A DNA stretch of 63,658 nucleotides, filler included, from Sphacelaria rigidula (taxonomy: Eukaryota): assembly GCA_964200075.2 (NCBI GenBank). It is 3 parts of 3 records of this genome, joined end to end, with 100 filler letters (N's around TTAATTAATTAA, not from the genome) between each part and the next. Parts side by side here need not be neighbours in the genome. Positions count along the whole stretch, not along the records: positions 21,276 to 42,439 come from CAXNAA020000459.1; positions 42,540 to 63,658 come from CAXNAA020000462.1; 1 more part is not named here. The stretch is one strand, 5' to 3'. The position numbers and the translations under genes are program-made. Positions 39,115 through 52,200 of the stretch are shown piece after piece. The notes below the pieces were generated by a model that had not been told where the DNA came from, made no database searches, and was given only the letters and a program-made list of their open reading frames with translations. How positions within the stretch are numbered: the stretch's first letter is position 1; every line of letters begins with the position of its first letter.

Positions 39115-42100
39115 GAGCAGAGACCGTCCTCGGCTTCAGGCGCAGCTCAACCTGCCGCCCTTGCCCCCATATTTGATCTTCGGAACTCGGGCAGCGGACG
39201 TCGTTCCAAAGGCAATTCCAAACAGTTGAAATTTCCGGAAAACGTACCGATCGCAGTAAAGACGGCAATCAACAACTACATCCCGGCAGAAGGCCGCTAC
39301 GTCACACGCCCAAACGCACGAAGCCCTAGCGTCGTTCATTTTTGGGGCGTGCGGTTGGACACAAAGCCGGAAGAGGAGTGGAGCTACGACGAGAAGGGGA
39401 AGCCGGTCGAGAGGGAGCAGTTTTTTTCTTGCCAAGCAGATGAAGATTGTCGCAACAAAAGAACGATGATCAAAATTACGAGCAAGCAAACGTCGAGTGC
39501 TACGACCCATTTGGACAAGCGGCACAATATCGAAAGCTCCCGGACACAAGCTGCAGACGAAAAGTGAGTATGCCACCTTTTCCCGTTTGATTGTTCCTCA
39601 CGCCTAGAGGAAGTGCCAGTGGGTGCTTTACTGTAGTTGTTCGTTTTCGTTCAGTTTGTGCCCACACCATACTAGCCTGGCTGAGGCCCATGTGCTTGCT
39701 CTGTTCTGATGGCTTGCTTTGTTGGATTTTCATGACGTGGAGCATGCGACAAGCGTCCGGTTCAATCGTTTACTGCATATCCTGTGATGTGTGCGACTCC
39801 CGACTAATGCAAACGCCACGGTTTCATCGTCTCGCTATTTTCTGTGCTGTGTAGGGCGATCGAGGTCCAAAATACTCTGGAAGCGGCACGGAGTAGTCAA
39901 TAATTCCGAACAAATCCTCAACGATACTTGGCGCTTAGTTTCGTGAAGGCGTTTCCCATCCACATCGTTGCCCGTTTCAACATCGGGGAGCATGCTGCCG
40001 TTCGTTACTTCCTCTCGCTTATGCGGAAGAACTTCGACATTAGTGCCCTGACCAACAAAGCGGTAAGTCAGATATCTCCGGTAGTGATGTAGGCGTTCGA
40101 TCGGTTTCCTGCATTCATGTTCAAATCCCAGCGCGTCAATCACGGGATTTCACAAATCGGGGAGGGACTTTATATTGGGGTTGAGAACCCGTAGATACAA
40201 ATTTGCACTGCGATGACCGAAATGTTGAGGTCCTAGTTCAAAAACCAATTTTGGGGTCCGATCGGATTACCTGAATTCCCGAAAACCGGTTTTTGATCTA
40301 GGACCCCATCATTTCGTTTATCAGACTGCAGATTTGTATGGCATGTAGTAGTTGTCAATAGCCACCAGGAAGGGAAGATTTGGCGCGGATACGAAGATTT
40401 TAATCCTCCGGGTTGTCACCCCCGGTGAAAAATCGACCCCCAACTCGTAAAATCCTGTGTTGTTAGCTTTCTTGCCTGTAGCAAGTCGAGAGGCGGCTGT
40501 GTGTGCGAGCGAAATCTGCATATACCCTGGACAATAGAACATGTAATGGAACATTGCCACCGTAATAGACCCCGGAAAATGGCCGACAATGGCCATTGCC
40601 GGCGACAATAGACGCCTGCAGCTGTCTTTGAATGGACCTTGTCATCAACAAGATAATTGAGGTAGGAATCACAACGCATCGTTGTGGCGACAATGGACCG
40701 GTGGACTTCACCATTGATTGTCATTGTCCAATATAATACATCGCCGAAAAGCAGTGGCGATAGACATGTGTCCCAACAATAGTCCACTAAACCCGATTGT
40801 CGATAGCCATTGCTGCTGACGGTGGATATTAGCCCTTGACTGTCAATGTATATCCCGACTCGCGATAGACTGGTGACGTCATTTGTTGATAGCCATTGCT
40901 GTCAACGACCTGCTGGCGCAGTCGACTGTCGATAACCATTGTCATCGACAGCATATTGTTGGAGTCGGCCGTCGATGGCCATTATCACTGAGCATGTATC
41001 ACACCCCAACTTACAGTAGACAGTGGACTAGACCCCCATAATAGGCACGAGCTTCATTTCGCAGCGGAGCTTTGGCATTTAAAGAAGTGGACCTAGGACC
41101 CACCCCCCACTTCACCCCCCCCTACCCCCACCGACCCGCCCATCCCCCTCCTCCCCTCCTGGCCTCCTGACCTCCTGCCCCCCCCTCACTCATCCCGGAG
41201 GCTCGAAATATTTCATACGGTTTGTATTTTTTTCCTCTATCGCTGCTCCCTTTTCCACTCGTATCCTATATCGTCCGGATATATTATTTCCGTCCTACAC
41301 AACCACTTGCGTAATACACCTGCACTGTTCGTCGTGACTACGTTATGACGTGGTTCTTTGATGACTACAACTGATCACCAGGATTGGTTCTTGCTTACGC
41401 ACGGGACAATACGTCACAGGTAAAAAGGATGATGATCGAGATGTATGATGCAACAGTCAGCGACGCCAACGCATCGATGCAAAAGACACTTCGCATCGCT
41501 GACGTTCCTTTTTACGTCAACGCAGACTTATGGACGAGCAGAGTCTCCGGGCTCAAGTACCTCGGTGAGTTTTGGTGGGTGCTGGACTCATCACAGGGTA
41601 AGCCGTTGCCATCACATGCACGTTAATCCTCCCCGACTAGAACCCGTCTTGGAACCGGTCCTGCTTTCAGCACCCCGTCGTGACGATTCTCCTGTGTACT
41701 ACATTTTTGTATCGCCAACTATGTGAGGTTACCTGTTGTGCCGTCCCCGTTGTGTGAACATGATCCTGTATGCGACCGTCGTATGACACTTGACCTTGCT
41801 CCCCTATAAAGCCGTGACGAAGCACGCCGGGTTTTCACGGGCCCACGCTCGAGAGGGAGGGTAGAGACTCCCCGAAAGTGTGTGCCGCTTTGAGAGTCGC
41901 AACCTTCAGTGTTTTTGTGTTGAAGCGGAGGAGAGGATTTTTTACTGTGTGGACCACCAGCATCGCGGTTGTCGGTGCAGTATAACGACCGCACGAGTGG
42001 GGGAGAGAGAAGCGCTCAGCCGAGTCGACTTCCAAGAAAATTTTGCATCATAGCATATTACCATTGATCCACATCGCCGTTCCGCGCTCCTGATTTGCCT

Positions 42101-42415
42101 CGAATAGCTACAGGTGTCCTCGTTTTTGTCCTCGACCAAAAAATGGACGTGAAGACGCATCTCCTCGCGCTGAAGCTGTTTCGGCCTCATCGATCTTTTG
42201 ACAAGCACGGCGGTGACGTGATCTTCAAGTAGATCATACAAGTGCTGGCGTAGCATGGCATACGCGATGAGGATATCGCCGGCGCGGTGACGGATGCCGG
42301 ATCCGTCGTTCGGAGTGGGGTGGTGTCGGCTTGGTCTTGGGAATGGTGCTTTGCCCACCTCCTGAACCGCGCGACCATTGACGCCACGGGAATGTCGCCC
42401 GCGAAGGATCGTTAA
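39028..42415 (+). pseudogene. Intron-containing hAT transposase pseudogene
   Basis: Exons 39028-39563, 39855-40062, 41420-41564, 42114-42415. BED-like finger (SVVHFW..CQADEDC..TSSATTHLDKRH), ADLWTS..YLG, AVTDAGS, WCFAHLLN. In-frame stops at 39901, 42230, 42251, 42413. Confidence 0.92.
40141..40459. mobile_element. MITE-like insert in the transposase intron
   Basis: Imperfect TIRs CACGGGATTTCACAAATCGGGG / CCCCAACTCGTAAAATCCTGTG. No clear TSD. Confidence 0.55.
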
Positions 42416-42439
42416 AAAAAAAAAACCAGTGTCGTGAAC

Positions 42440-42539
42440 NNNNNNNNNNNNNNNNNNNNNNNNNNNNNNNNNNNNNNNNNNNNTTAATTAATTAANNNNN
42501 NNNNNNNNNNNNNNNNNNNNNNNNNNNNNNNNNNNNNNN
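42440..42539. other. Artificial contig linker
   Basis: 44 N + TTAATTAATTAA + 44 N. Confidence 0.97.
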
Positions 42540-42986
42540 GGCCCAACTCTAAATGTATAAAAGAGCATGGGCCTGCAAACTTCAAATCCGCCTCTAGGCT
42601 GTCCCAGCTCGTACGGCGGGAGGGTTTTCACAGCGTGTAGTTTTTGCCGTGCATCGTTTTGCTAACCGTTAGGATTTAGAGTTAAGGGCAGGATCCGTAG
42701 TGTATGAAGTATCACCTACGCACGGTACACTGTTTGGCTCGTCATTGTCATGACCTCAAGATTCTTCTCCTGCTGTACTGTATTATGACATGTAGGGTCT
42801 TTTGCCTTCTTCATCCTACGGCTGGACGATAGTTGTAGCGGGTACATGGGATGTTTGTCGTAAGTAGACAACAAGCCCTCAGCACACAGCAAGGAAACGT
42901 TCGCACAGAGGTTGTGTAACCGACCGGCACGTAGTAGCTGCGAGTAGCAAGTGGTCGTTATGTGACGAAATCGTTCCTGCTGACAG

Positions 42987-45276
42987 GTCACGGCGCCCGA
43001 ACTGCGCGGTGGAATGGTGATCAGCGGGCAGGATGCCGATTGCATGAGTCTTTTCTGCTCGAGCGACATCATGACCAAACTGGGTGAGCGACGATTTTGC
43101 GAGATGCACAAGGTGTGGGGTGCCGTGGTCCGATACCGCCGTGTACTGTCTTTCCATAAGCCTGTTGGGTTGCTGGATCAACCGGAACCGGTGCTACGTT
43201 GCACTGCTTTTAACGAATCAGGTGTCGCTGGTTACAAACAGAACTTGGATCACAGATTCTCTCCCTACCCAGTTGCTTCACAGTTTTTCATTCATGTACT
43301 GGATATCCACACTGATAGCCAGCTACAGCTACCTACCGCTACGCTGTTGAGCTATTGGCGGTACCGGACGGTAGTCAATGATTTGTCAGCGTACACGGCT
43401 ATGCTCGACAATACCATACCTCATGAGACTACTGTATGGCAAAACCAATTTGGAAAGGATCATCATATATAAGGATTATTTAATGCAGACGCATTGCATC
43501 TTGTCGAGTTGAAAAAGTTTTTTGAGAAGGATATTGTTGGTATGATACAGTAGTGCTCAGCTAATGCATTGTGAAGGAGTAGCGTATTGTCGATAAGCGC
43601 AACAGATGTGACAAGCTATATATCTGTATGGAACAAAGCAGTTGCCACTTAGTATGTAAGTGCTGCACATAGATATAACACTAGCATGCGCTGAATTGAC
43701 GCCTCCTTTGATAATATCCACGAAAACCCTTGAAAGATCCCGATCTTGGACGGACGAATGCATCCAGTTTCCAGCCTCGATGATCCTGACGGAACACCCC
43801 ACGTTTGCTTGCTGTTCTAATGTATCTGTCTAGGTGGTCACCCGGGAGCCATAGTGGCTGTTAGCAGCACCCTCGGAAAGCGACCTGAACAAGGGCGCCA
43901 CCTCCTGAGAGACGAGCACGACTACTTGGCCCACATCATACCGGCGCAGCTAAGCAGGTGAAGATGGCATACTTAGCGGCCTGGAAAGTAGCATGGAATT
44001 CTCTGTTTTGCTGAATATATACTTGGAAAGTATGCATACATCGCATAGTACATACCTGGTCGAGGTCGGTATGCTTTCCGCTTGGTCCTTCGGTATGCAC
44101 GACACACTTAAGGGGTGAGGTGTCTCGAATATACCTTGCTTGATGTTGATACAGTCTCTTTAAGCGTTTCTTCACCCAATGCTATAGCAGGAATGACCCC
44201 AGTTGTGTGCAGACTGTCATCAGCAAATTGTCGATGGGTATCGGACGTTGGGCGTGGACGCTTATGCCAGTCGGCAGACGCAATAGTCAAGACATCTCAG
44301 TGGTGCCGCGATAGTCCCCCCTCCCGAAAGGGCGAGAAAACTGTCGCGAAGAAATGGCCATACAGTGCGCCGAGATGATTGATGATGGCTGGTTTCAAAA
44401 ACCAAGAGTTGAAGATTATATTGAAAAATGCAGATATAGCTGGTTGTAGAAACCACCTTTGAATTTCATTTCGAATGCAGTCACATCCGTTTTCAGAAAC
44501 AAGTAGGGCTCTTGACGTTACACGTCATAAAGTTCGTTGCACGTCACAAGTTAAGCCAGGCTAGTACTACTGTGGGGGCTACGTGGTCCCCCACCGTAGT
44601 ACTAGCCAGGCCCGACGCTTAGTTTTGTTTGACTTGACTTTACACAGGGCTGCGCGTGTAAGGAATTTTGTGACGTGTAACGAAATTTGTGACGTGTAAC
44701 GAACTTTGTGACATGTAACGTAAAGAGCCCTGGAAACCAGTTGTGAATATTTTTTGAAAGAATGCAGATATAGCTGGTTTCAGATGCCAGATCTACACAC
44801 CTCAAAAGAAGACTTTGCCTCGGTCCCCGTTACATTTTTCTGGGGCGGGCTACCGCGGCATCACTCCTATTACATGGATTCAGTTTGGTGAGCTTTTTGC
44901 AATTACCCTTCGTATCGTCTTCGAAATTTAGGCTCAGATAATGTAGCAGTCTGCACATGAACGAGATTCCATTCATGTTCAGCGTTCAAAGATGATTCTA
45001 GAATGCTCATTTTCGTGATGTGATCGGGGGTACGTACAAGAGTAGATAACATGATGTCAAGTGGCTGGCTTGTCGGGGGTTCGTTTTTTTTTGTCCTTTC
45101 GGATAAAAATGCTCCAATGTATTCTATATATTGCGCTGAGATTGTTATGGAATCTTCGCTTGATGCTTGCGTGACCTTATGATAAACTGCCACGCCGTGT
45201 CTCTACCAAGCCAGATATAAGCAGCTGGACGAAGACTTCGTGAAGCAGCATCAGGATTCCCCGCAGGAGCCAAACG
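42987..45276 (+). CDS. Tentative upstream exons of the SH2 gene, with a STAND-like GxP motif
   Basis: Exons 42987-43083, 43834-43957, 44191-44237, 45211-45276 are open and phase-compatible with each other and with the exon at 46227. Spliced protein includes DIMTKLG|GHPGAIVAVSSTL. Confidence 0.5.
44504..44732. mobile_element. 229-bp hAT MITE
   Basis: TIRs TAGGGCTCTTGACGTTACA / TGTAACGTAAAGAGCCCTG; TSD GAAACAAG / GAAACCAG (7/8); internal inverted repeat GGCTAGTACTAC...GTAGTACTAGCC. Confidence 0.88.
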
Positions 45277-46226
45277 GTGAGGTCCTTTTCAACCATCACT
45301 TCTGGGACTAGGGAAGCAGTCAGTGCAGAGTGCCCCCCGCACACAGACAGGGGAGATTGCACCCGCGAGACATAGCAGCACAGTAAAGGACGAGATATAG
45401 GTGTGCGCACTCGGAAGTTTGAAAGACCAGCGGAAGACGAGGTCTGTGTGTTAGCGCACTGGATGGGTCGAGGGTACTTGCCCCTGTAACACAGACGGGA
45501 CCTTTATCTGATCTCGCTCGTCGGTGACTCAATAGCGGTGCAGTAGTTTTACTTGTTATACGCTGCTGTTATTGTCCGCGACTGAGTCGGAAGCTTGCAT
45601 ACCCTGGACGAAAGAATACACAGTCAAAAAGCGCACTGCGTACAGTATCGACTGTTGCGCCTGTTGCAACAGACAATATCTTCCATCCTGCACGCAGTAC
45701 ATTTTTTGACAAAATAACCTCTTGTCCAGGGCGTGAAACTTCGCACGAGAAGGAACGTCTTCCATGCACCAGGTGAACAAGTTTGTTGACCTTCGTCTCT
45801 TCTTGAAAGTCGGAACGTTCACGTGGTCCAGCCAACCGCTTCGAAGACCCACCTTACGTGGTTGTCAATACTATCTGGAGGGAGAACGATGTTTGCGACA
45901 GTAGTGCAGTACGCATACAAGTACAAATGTCTCGTGACTTTTATACCGTCTGCCAATTTTTGACAGTATTCGTGGAAACGCTTTCTCGGTTGTTCTGATT
46001 TCTATTTTCCCACGAGCTAGATGAAGGCAGGACCCAGAAATGAAAGAACTGCACGTCGATGAGGGAAAAGAGGCGGGGGGAAATACTCGTTATTTGAGTC
46101 GCAGTATATGTTATTCATACATGGAGAAGGAATTTTTCTTTGCCCTTCTAGTCCTACCGCCCAGACCCACCTGCCTGCCTTCCTATATGCCTGCCGCCCC
46201 ACCTACTCGCCTGTGCTTGTTGCCAG

Positions 46227-49200
46227 GTGGAAGAGCGACGTTTGCGATAGAAGTGGAATGGAGCTGGCCTCGACCAACGAGGTACAACGTCAGCTCCGCG
46301 GTCGGTGCAGCACCGCCATCCGTGCACGTGCCCGTTGCCTCGTCTCTGGGAGAGCGCTTGTGGAACCAGGCCGTGGAAAGGCACGTGGGAGTGGGTGCTA
46401 CGTCAAATACGCTGCCCTGGAAAGCGCTGTACACTTTCAGCTTGGCTGAGCACTTTCTGTCAGTGATGGGAGACGATGGGAGATACAGACCATTGCAGGT
46501 CAGGCCAAACATCGCATGCCGTTCGCCTCTAATGTAGTGGTGTTTGATGTGTGTGTTTGTTTTCTTGTTGTGTTGTGGTCGTTGATATTTGAGAGTTTCG
46601 GGTGTGCTGTGCGCTGCGGTGATGTTACAACCCATAAGAGATCGGCGCGCTTGGAGGGTGCATGTACCACCGCGCGTTTTATGTTGGTGTTCCTTTGAGG
46701 CGTATCCTCCGCAAAAAGCGGGCTAGGGTGAGGAGGAGATGCACCGCTGAACAAAAATCCACTCATCTCGCAGTGAGTGAGTGCACGTAGGTAGGTAGCA
46801 CTACCTGTAAATGAACGTCTTATGCGCATGTCGTAGCTCCGAATAGCATTTTGATTGTGCTGTTCACGACTCTAGTCCTCATTGTGTCAAGATGGTACCT
46901 GTCATGCGAGGTCATCCTGGTGGGCGGCAGATCTCCCCCACGAGGATTTCAAGGGAACACTATTGCTCATTTTCATGTGATTCCCTCCTCCCTCCATCCG
47001 AATCTGTCTCGATTGAGTGACATTTGCCCTGTATGTGGTGTACGGGGTGCTTTGTATCAGGAGATCGTCCCCATGTATCCAGTATGGATCACGTCGTGGT
47101 GCACCGCTCTTCGTACCACGTGTGAAATCCGGTGCACCCTGTGGCAGTCAACAAACATACGCTGACAGGAGCAGGCGACTGACGGGCCGCGCCTGTGTCG
47201 CTTGCTGCGGCTGTCGGGCGTTAGCATTTGTCCAGTTCTATGCATTTTTTTTTCTGTCGAAAATGTTCTGAAAATGGCGTGCAGTATAATCACTACCTTC
47301 ATGTATCCTCACTTTAATCGGGTGAGGGGTCGTCAACTCGGAACATTTTTTGTACCAGGGACAAGCGAAGAAAGCTAGGCAATGCGCTTGGGGTACGTAC
47401 GCTGTATTGGTGCACTCGGTGCGAGCGAAGCATGCCGTACCGATGTGACCCTTCACTAGCTTTGAGGGACGCTTAACAAAATAATAATGCGCCGCTTGTT
47501 TGATGCTGCTCCTCTCAGGACGAAGACTTCCAGACTCTCGGAGAACACGAGCAACTGTGGAAGCCGTGGGCTCCGCCAGCGACCCAGCCGAACGGAATAG
47601 TGAAACAAAAAGCGTTCTTGGGCAAGTTTTGGGCTTGGTTCGAAGCACTGACGATCATGCTCAAGGTGCGTGCGCCTTGTTTCTGTGGCTGGCGTGTTTT
47701 TTCTTGGTGCAAAGCGTGACCGAAGCGTAAACGTTTTGCTGCAAAGTGTGACCATGTTGACGGGCAGCATGAGCCATATCACCATATTGAGATCATTTAT
47801 TTCTCGGGTTCCTCGTTGCGATATTTTCCGGTCCTCTATGTATCCTATGACCACGGCCAGATTCCAGCGGATGAGCTGATGTTAATGTGCGACAATTAAT
47901 CAGTGCATGAACTGCCATGCAACCAACCATTTCTACTCCAGGAGAGGCCGTTTGACACGGGTCTAAAACACGAGAGACAGCCCGTGTAGACATGAGCATC
48001 GAGACGTTTGGGGCGCTTTAACGGCGTAAACAGTAAGTACATTCACCATGAGGGACTGTAGCGCGGTCGGTTACCTACAGCCGAATTGAAAATCTTGGGA
48101 GATCATGAGTTTGCAACGTTTCGAGGGTAGGTGTCCCGCATGGTGTCTGGTAGGGTGTGACGGGTAAGGGCCATACAGTATCCAAAAAGCGAGCATTTTA
48201 GGATGCTCTTTTTTTTTATTTACGGTATCACCATCAGACGTGATATTTGATGACAATTTTCGGGGATGAATACAATGTTGACATGCAACACAAAGACCCG
48301 AAGTAACTCCATTCTCACGGTCAGTTCATGACCACTTATGGGCGTACGTACTGGTCGTCGAGGGTCACACCCATTGACATACCTAGGTTTGGACTCTTTG
48401 ATGTTTTTAGTCGATCCCCCGATTGTTCTGGTGGACAACTCTCCTCTACAGTAGTAGTTCATCAAAAATCGGCGATTTCGTAATTTTTTTGCGCGGTCGG
48501 GGATACTCGACAAGTGTTCTCGCGTGACACCGCTCATCCCAGTCAGTGAAAGTTTGATCCCAAAGTTTGGAGATCGGGAAATACTAGGCATCCCCTTCAC
48601 ATTCCGAAATAAGATCGCATCTGCACTCAGTTTCGAATGACTTGCGGGCTGACCGGTTTTCGGGGGTCCTGCGACTTTCCAGCCCCAGTTTTGACCCCTG
48701 AGTATTTTTGCTCAACTGAAGCAATCCCAATCGTTTTCGTGGACAAATGAAGAAGAATGATTTTTCTATCACTACCTATTTATTGCGCTAGAGCCAAAAA
48801 AGTGTGTTTTTTGGACCAGTGACAGTCGGTAACACACCCCTGATAAAGGAAGTAGTTACTCCTTATCACCCCGACAACACCAATTGAGAATTGCGTTTTG
48901 AGCATGGTCTGCTTCTCTTCCAAAAATATATCGACGCTAGGACTTTCGAGTGCCAGGGACAGGTACTACACGAGAAAATCCAGAGAAGTACCCAAGAACG
49001 AAGATTGCCCAACAGAGCTCTGAACAGCACAGGCGGGGATGAATCAATTCCGATTACTCTCATAAATGATCTTACGGACTCCTACCTTTTTTTTTACCTC
49101 TTCATCGCGCTAGAGGCGAAAATAAATGTGTTTTGGACCAAAAACGGCCAATAACACCCGCTGTCAATTCAGCACGTGAGTCGATATTGAGCGCAGAGAC

Positions 49201-52200
49201 GATTGTTGTTTCGGAATGTGGAGCGGATAATTAGTATCTCCCGATTCCCAGACGTCAGGATCAAGCGTTCACAGGAATGAGCGGTGGCACGCGGAAAAAG
49301 TCATTGAAAATCGCCGAGTGCGAAAAAATGACAAAAATCCCCTGCAGTATTTCACATGAAAACTACTGCCGCCGAAAAGCCGTCTTTTTGGCTGACATAT
49401 TACGACGGATGAGATGTCCGTTTCATTTTGGGAGGAGCATGACGAACAACACAAATTTCCGGCCTCAGGCCGCTCCTTATGGCAGACAAAAATAAAAGAT
49501 CTGGAAAGTGCCTTTTTGGAGCTTTTGCGTCGTTTTACGCCCTGAAAGAAAGCTAGGCGGATTTTGACACCTTGGATTGCTTTGCTGTACTCGTTGAGAC
49601 GGTCTCAGCACACTTGTGCGTTTTTATCGTGGTCGCAGTTTTTTTTTGCCCAAACTTGCATTTTTCACGGAGACGGGTCATTTTTGTTGGAGATCGGTCA
49701 AGTCCAGACAAATCTCGGAATTTTTCCTGGACTTGACCGGACTCCAACAGAAATACAAGTTTGAGCGAGAAAAAAACGGCGGCCGCCGGAAAAACGAACA
49801 ACCGGTAAAAGCCCGTGCGTCGTTCTAAATTGACCGTGGGAATAATATTAATTTCGGAATTTGTGTACTGTAGTGTACGCATATATTTGTTGCCTCAAAA
49901 TTTGGCCCACAAACGAACGGCTTTTGAAATGTTTGCTCTGTGGGGTAGGTGGTCTGAAAACGTGTCGTGTCCGAAGGACTGACACCGCCCTGTTCACCGT
50001 GCAACACAAGGGTGAAATCTGCACACCCTGTGCCAGCTTGGTTTGCATACTCTCTCCGCCGCCCGTCACATTCGCATACGCGTATCCCCCTGTGCCAGCT
50101 TGGCCACAACTGTATAGGAGTGAAGTGTATCTGTACCGTTTCATCTGCATGTGCATGTGCCGTTCGCTTTCGCAGCACACGGGGCATTGGGGGAACCGGA
50201 ACTACCCGGTAATTTGCAGCCTCACCACGATTACCAATTACGATGGCGAGGCGCTGCTGCGGGGAAGGCCGCCGGGGACGTTTCTCATGCGCGTGAGCGC
50301 AAGCAAGAACGGGACTCTGGTGATCATGTATGTCGACCGCCGTAAAGAGGTAAGTGGAGACTGCCTGCCTGCCTGCCATGCGTTATAGTAATGAAACTTC
50401 AAACATGGTATTCACTCAATGTGGGGATTATTTCACGAACGACTTTTCACCTTCACTCGAGAGTTTGGGAGTCGGTAGGCGCTGGATGAAGAAAGCAGGT
50501 CGTGCTCAGGACATATTTCCCAATTTTGTGTTGTCGGAACGATGCGGAGTAAAACCAGTTTTGTCGAGGGGGTATTATTTACCGTATACGGCCGAAAAAC
50601 ACGTTTTTTCGGTTTGAGCGCAATCGATATTAAGAAAATAGGGAAACAGAAGACATAGTATTGTGCATTATAACAATTCGGATTGGTTCGGTTGAACGAA
50701 AATATTGAAGAGCGAGGACCGGGGGCCGTACACTTGTAGGACCCCCAAAGACTCGTGAGCCCGTATTTCGTTCAACATTTGCCGTAGATTGTATTTTCGC
50801 TCTCGAAACTTGTGTCGGGCACCTATTTCTATCGATTCTCGAAGGTTTGCGATCAAGTAGAAACCGTTATGAGTTTTGGTAACCGAAAAACCTGAAAAAA
50901 TCGCTTTCAATCTACGCGAACGCGAAGTTCGAAGTCTGGCTAGTGTTTTGTGTTCGCTCTCTCAGTCAAGAGGTGTGGTTGCCTTGCGTGAGAGCGTTTT
51001 GTGTTTCATTTCGTTTTTCAACCAACTTCGGCAGGATTCAATGTGTATTTTCATGTTGCATGCGGGTAGTATTAGCCGCCACGAGTCGATAAAGTACACG
51101 AAGTATCGTGTGGCGACACCAAGATATGTGTCACGACAAAATGTGTCGAACGGTATAAAAGACGACAGTGAGAATCTGTGGCATGGTGAATAATCGTGGG
51201 ACATGGGACGGTTCTCCAAATATTTCCTTGACCTTAGGTTTACCGTTAGCGCTGACTATTTGGTCTAAGCGCGGTTGAACTGACTGCCATTTATCAACCG
51301 ACGCAAAGCGCAAGTGTGGTTGTTCTAAGCTTGTGAGAAAATTGTCGTTATTTCAAGGGACAAGTCTCACGCTGGGCTCGCTGCCATTTCAGCGTACTCT
51401 CATTGCTGGAAGTTGCATGTCATGCAATGGATGCCATACTGTACTGGTGTTCGTGTCGCGCTCTTGCCGAGTTAGCTCGCCGCTAACTCGTGAATGAACC
51501 GTCCTGCCCGAACTTTTCGGTTCCCAAATAGCGTTCCCAGGGTCTCGTTCATTATCGTTTGGTTTCTGTATCGCGTCCCTACCTAGTACCTGGGGCTATG
51601 CGGCCGGAGCCTCACGTTTTTTTACTTCTCGGGGCCGCTACTAGTGCTGTACTTGATCTATCTTACCCTGGCGCTTGTCTTGTTCTTGTGTTTTCCGATC
51701 CTTTCTTCTTTTTTTTATTTGCTCGCTTTGTTTTCATCTTCCTTTTTCGTAGTCTGTCTTTCCCCTTCATAAAGTTCCCTTCCAGCGAGTTGTTCCGTCT
51801 GTTTACCTTGGTTACGTGTATCTTATGGATACCGACCACGAGTGGGTGGATCGGCACCGGATGAGTTGATATTAATGTATGATAGCCAACCGCTCCATCA
51901 ATCCAATCAAAGGTCTGCTTTTTATGACCACCATTACGATAAGTGGAGCATGACCGTATCGGAGGTGCAGTCACTCAGCGGAGTTTCATGTGTGTGCAGA
52001 AAAAGCGACGCGGCTCTTGCAAGCATGCATGTAGCGTATATATAACTATAGGTTGTAAGTTTAGCCCGACGGCTAGGTACTCAGCAACATCTGTATCAGC
52101 GAGCGTAAATTGCGTTTAATTCATTCGGCGTTTTCGCTGAGGGCATCTGACCTCGATATTGTGAGAGACGGGGGTATGAATCATTGCAGCGTAGTGACAA

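Larger units (their letters stand above)
37605..42439 (+). mobile_element. hAT DNA transposon, left end plus transposase; right end beyond the contig
   Basis: Left-end motif CACACCCTGGACAATAG at 37605 and 38016 (variant at 40521), upstream of or inside the transposase. Which copy is the true end is unresolved. Confidence 0.65.

Noticed and set aside
45673-45900. Additional exon of the SH2 gene
   Set aside because: Candidate splice sites here gave no phase combination fitting both neighbours, while 45276 joins 46227 directly in frame. Not fully excluded.
48050-49830. Large transposon in the SH2 gene intron
   Set aside because: It is repeat-like, with an internal duplication (about 48772-48840 and 49095-49160), but I could not define ends, TSD or coding remnants.
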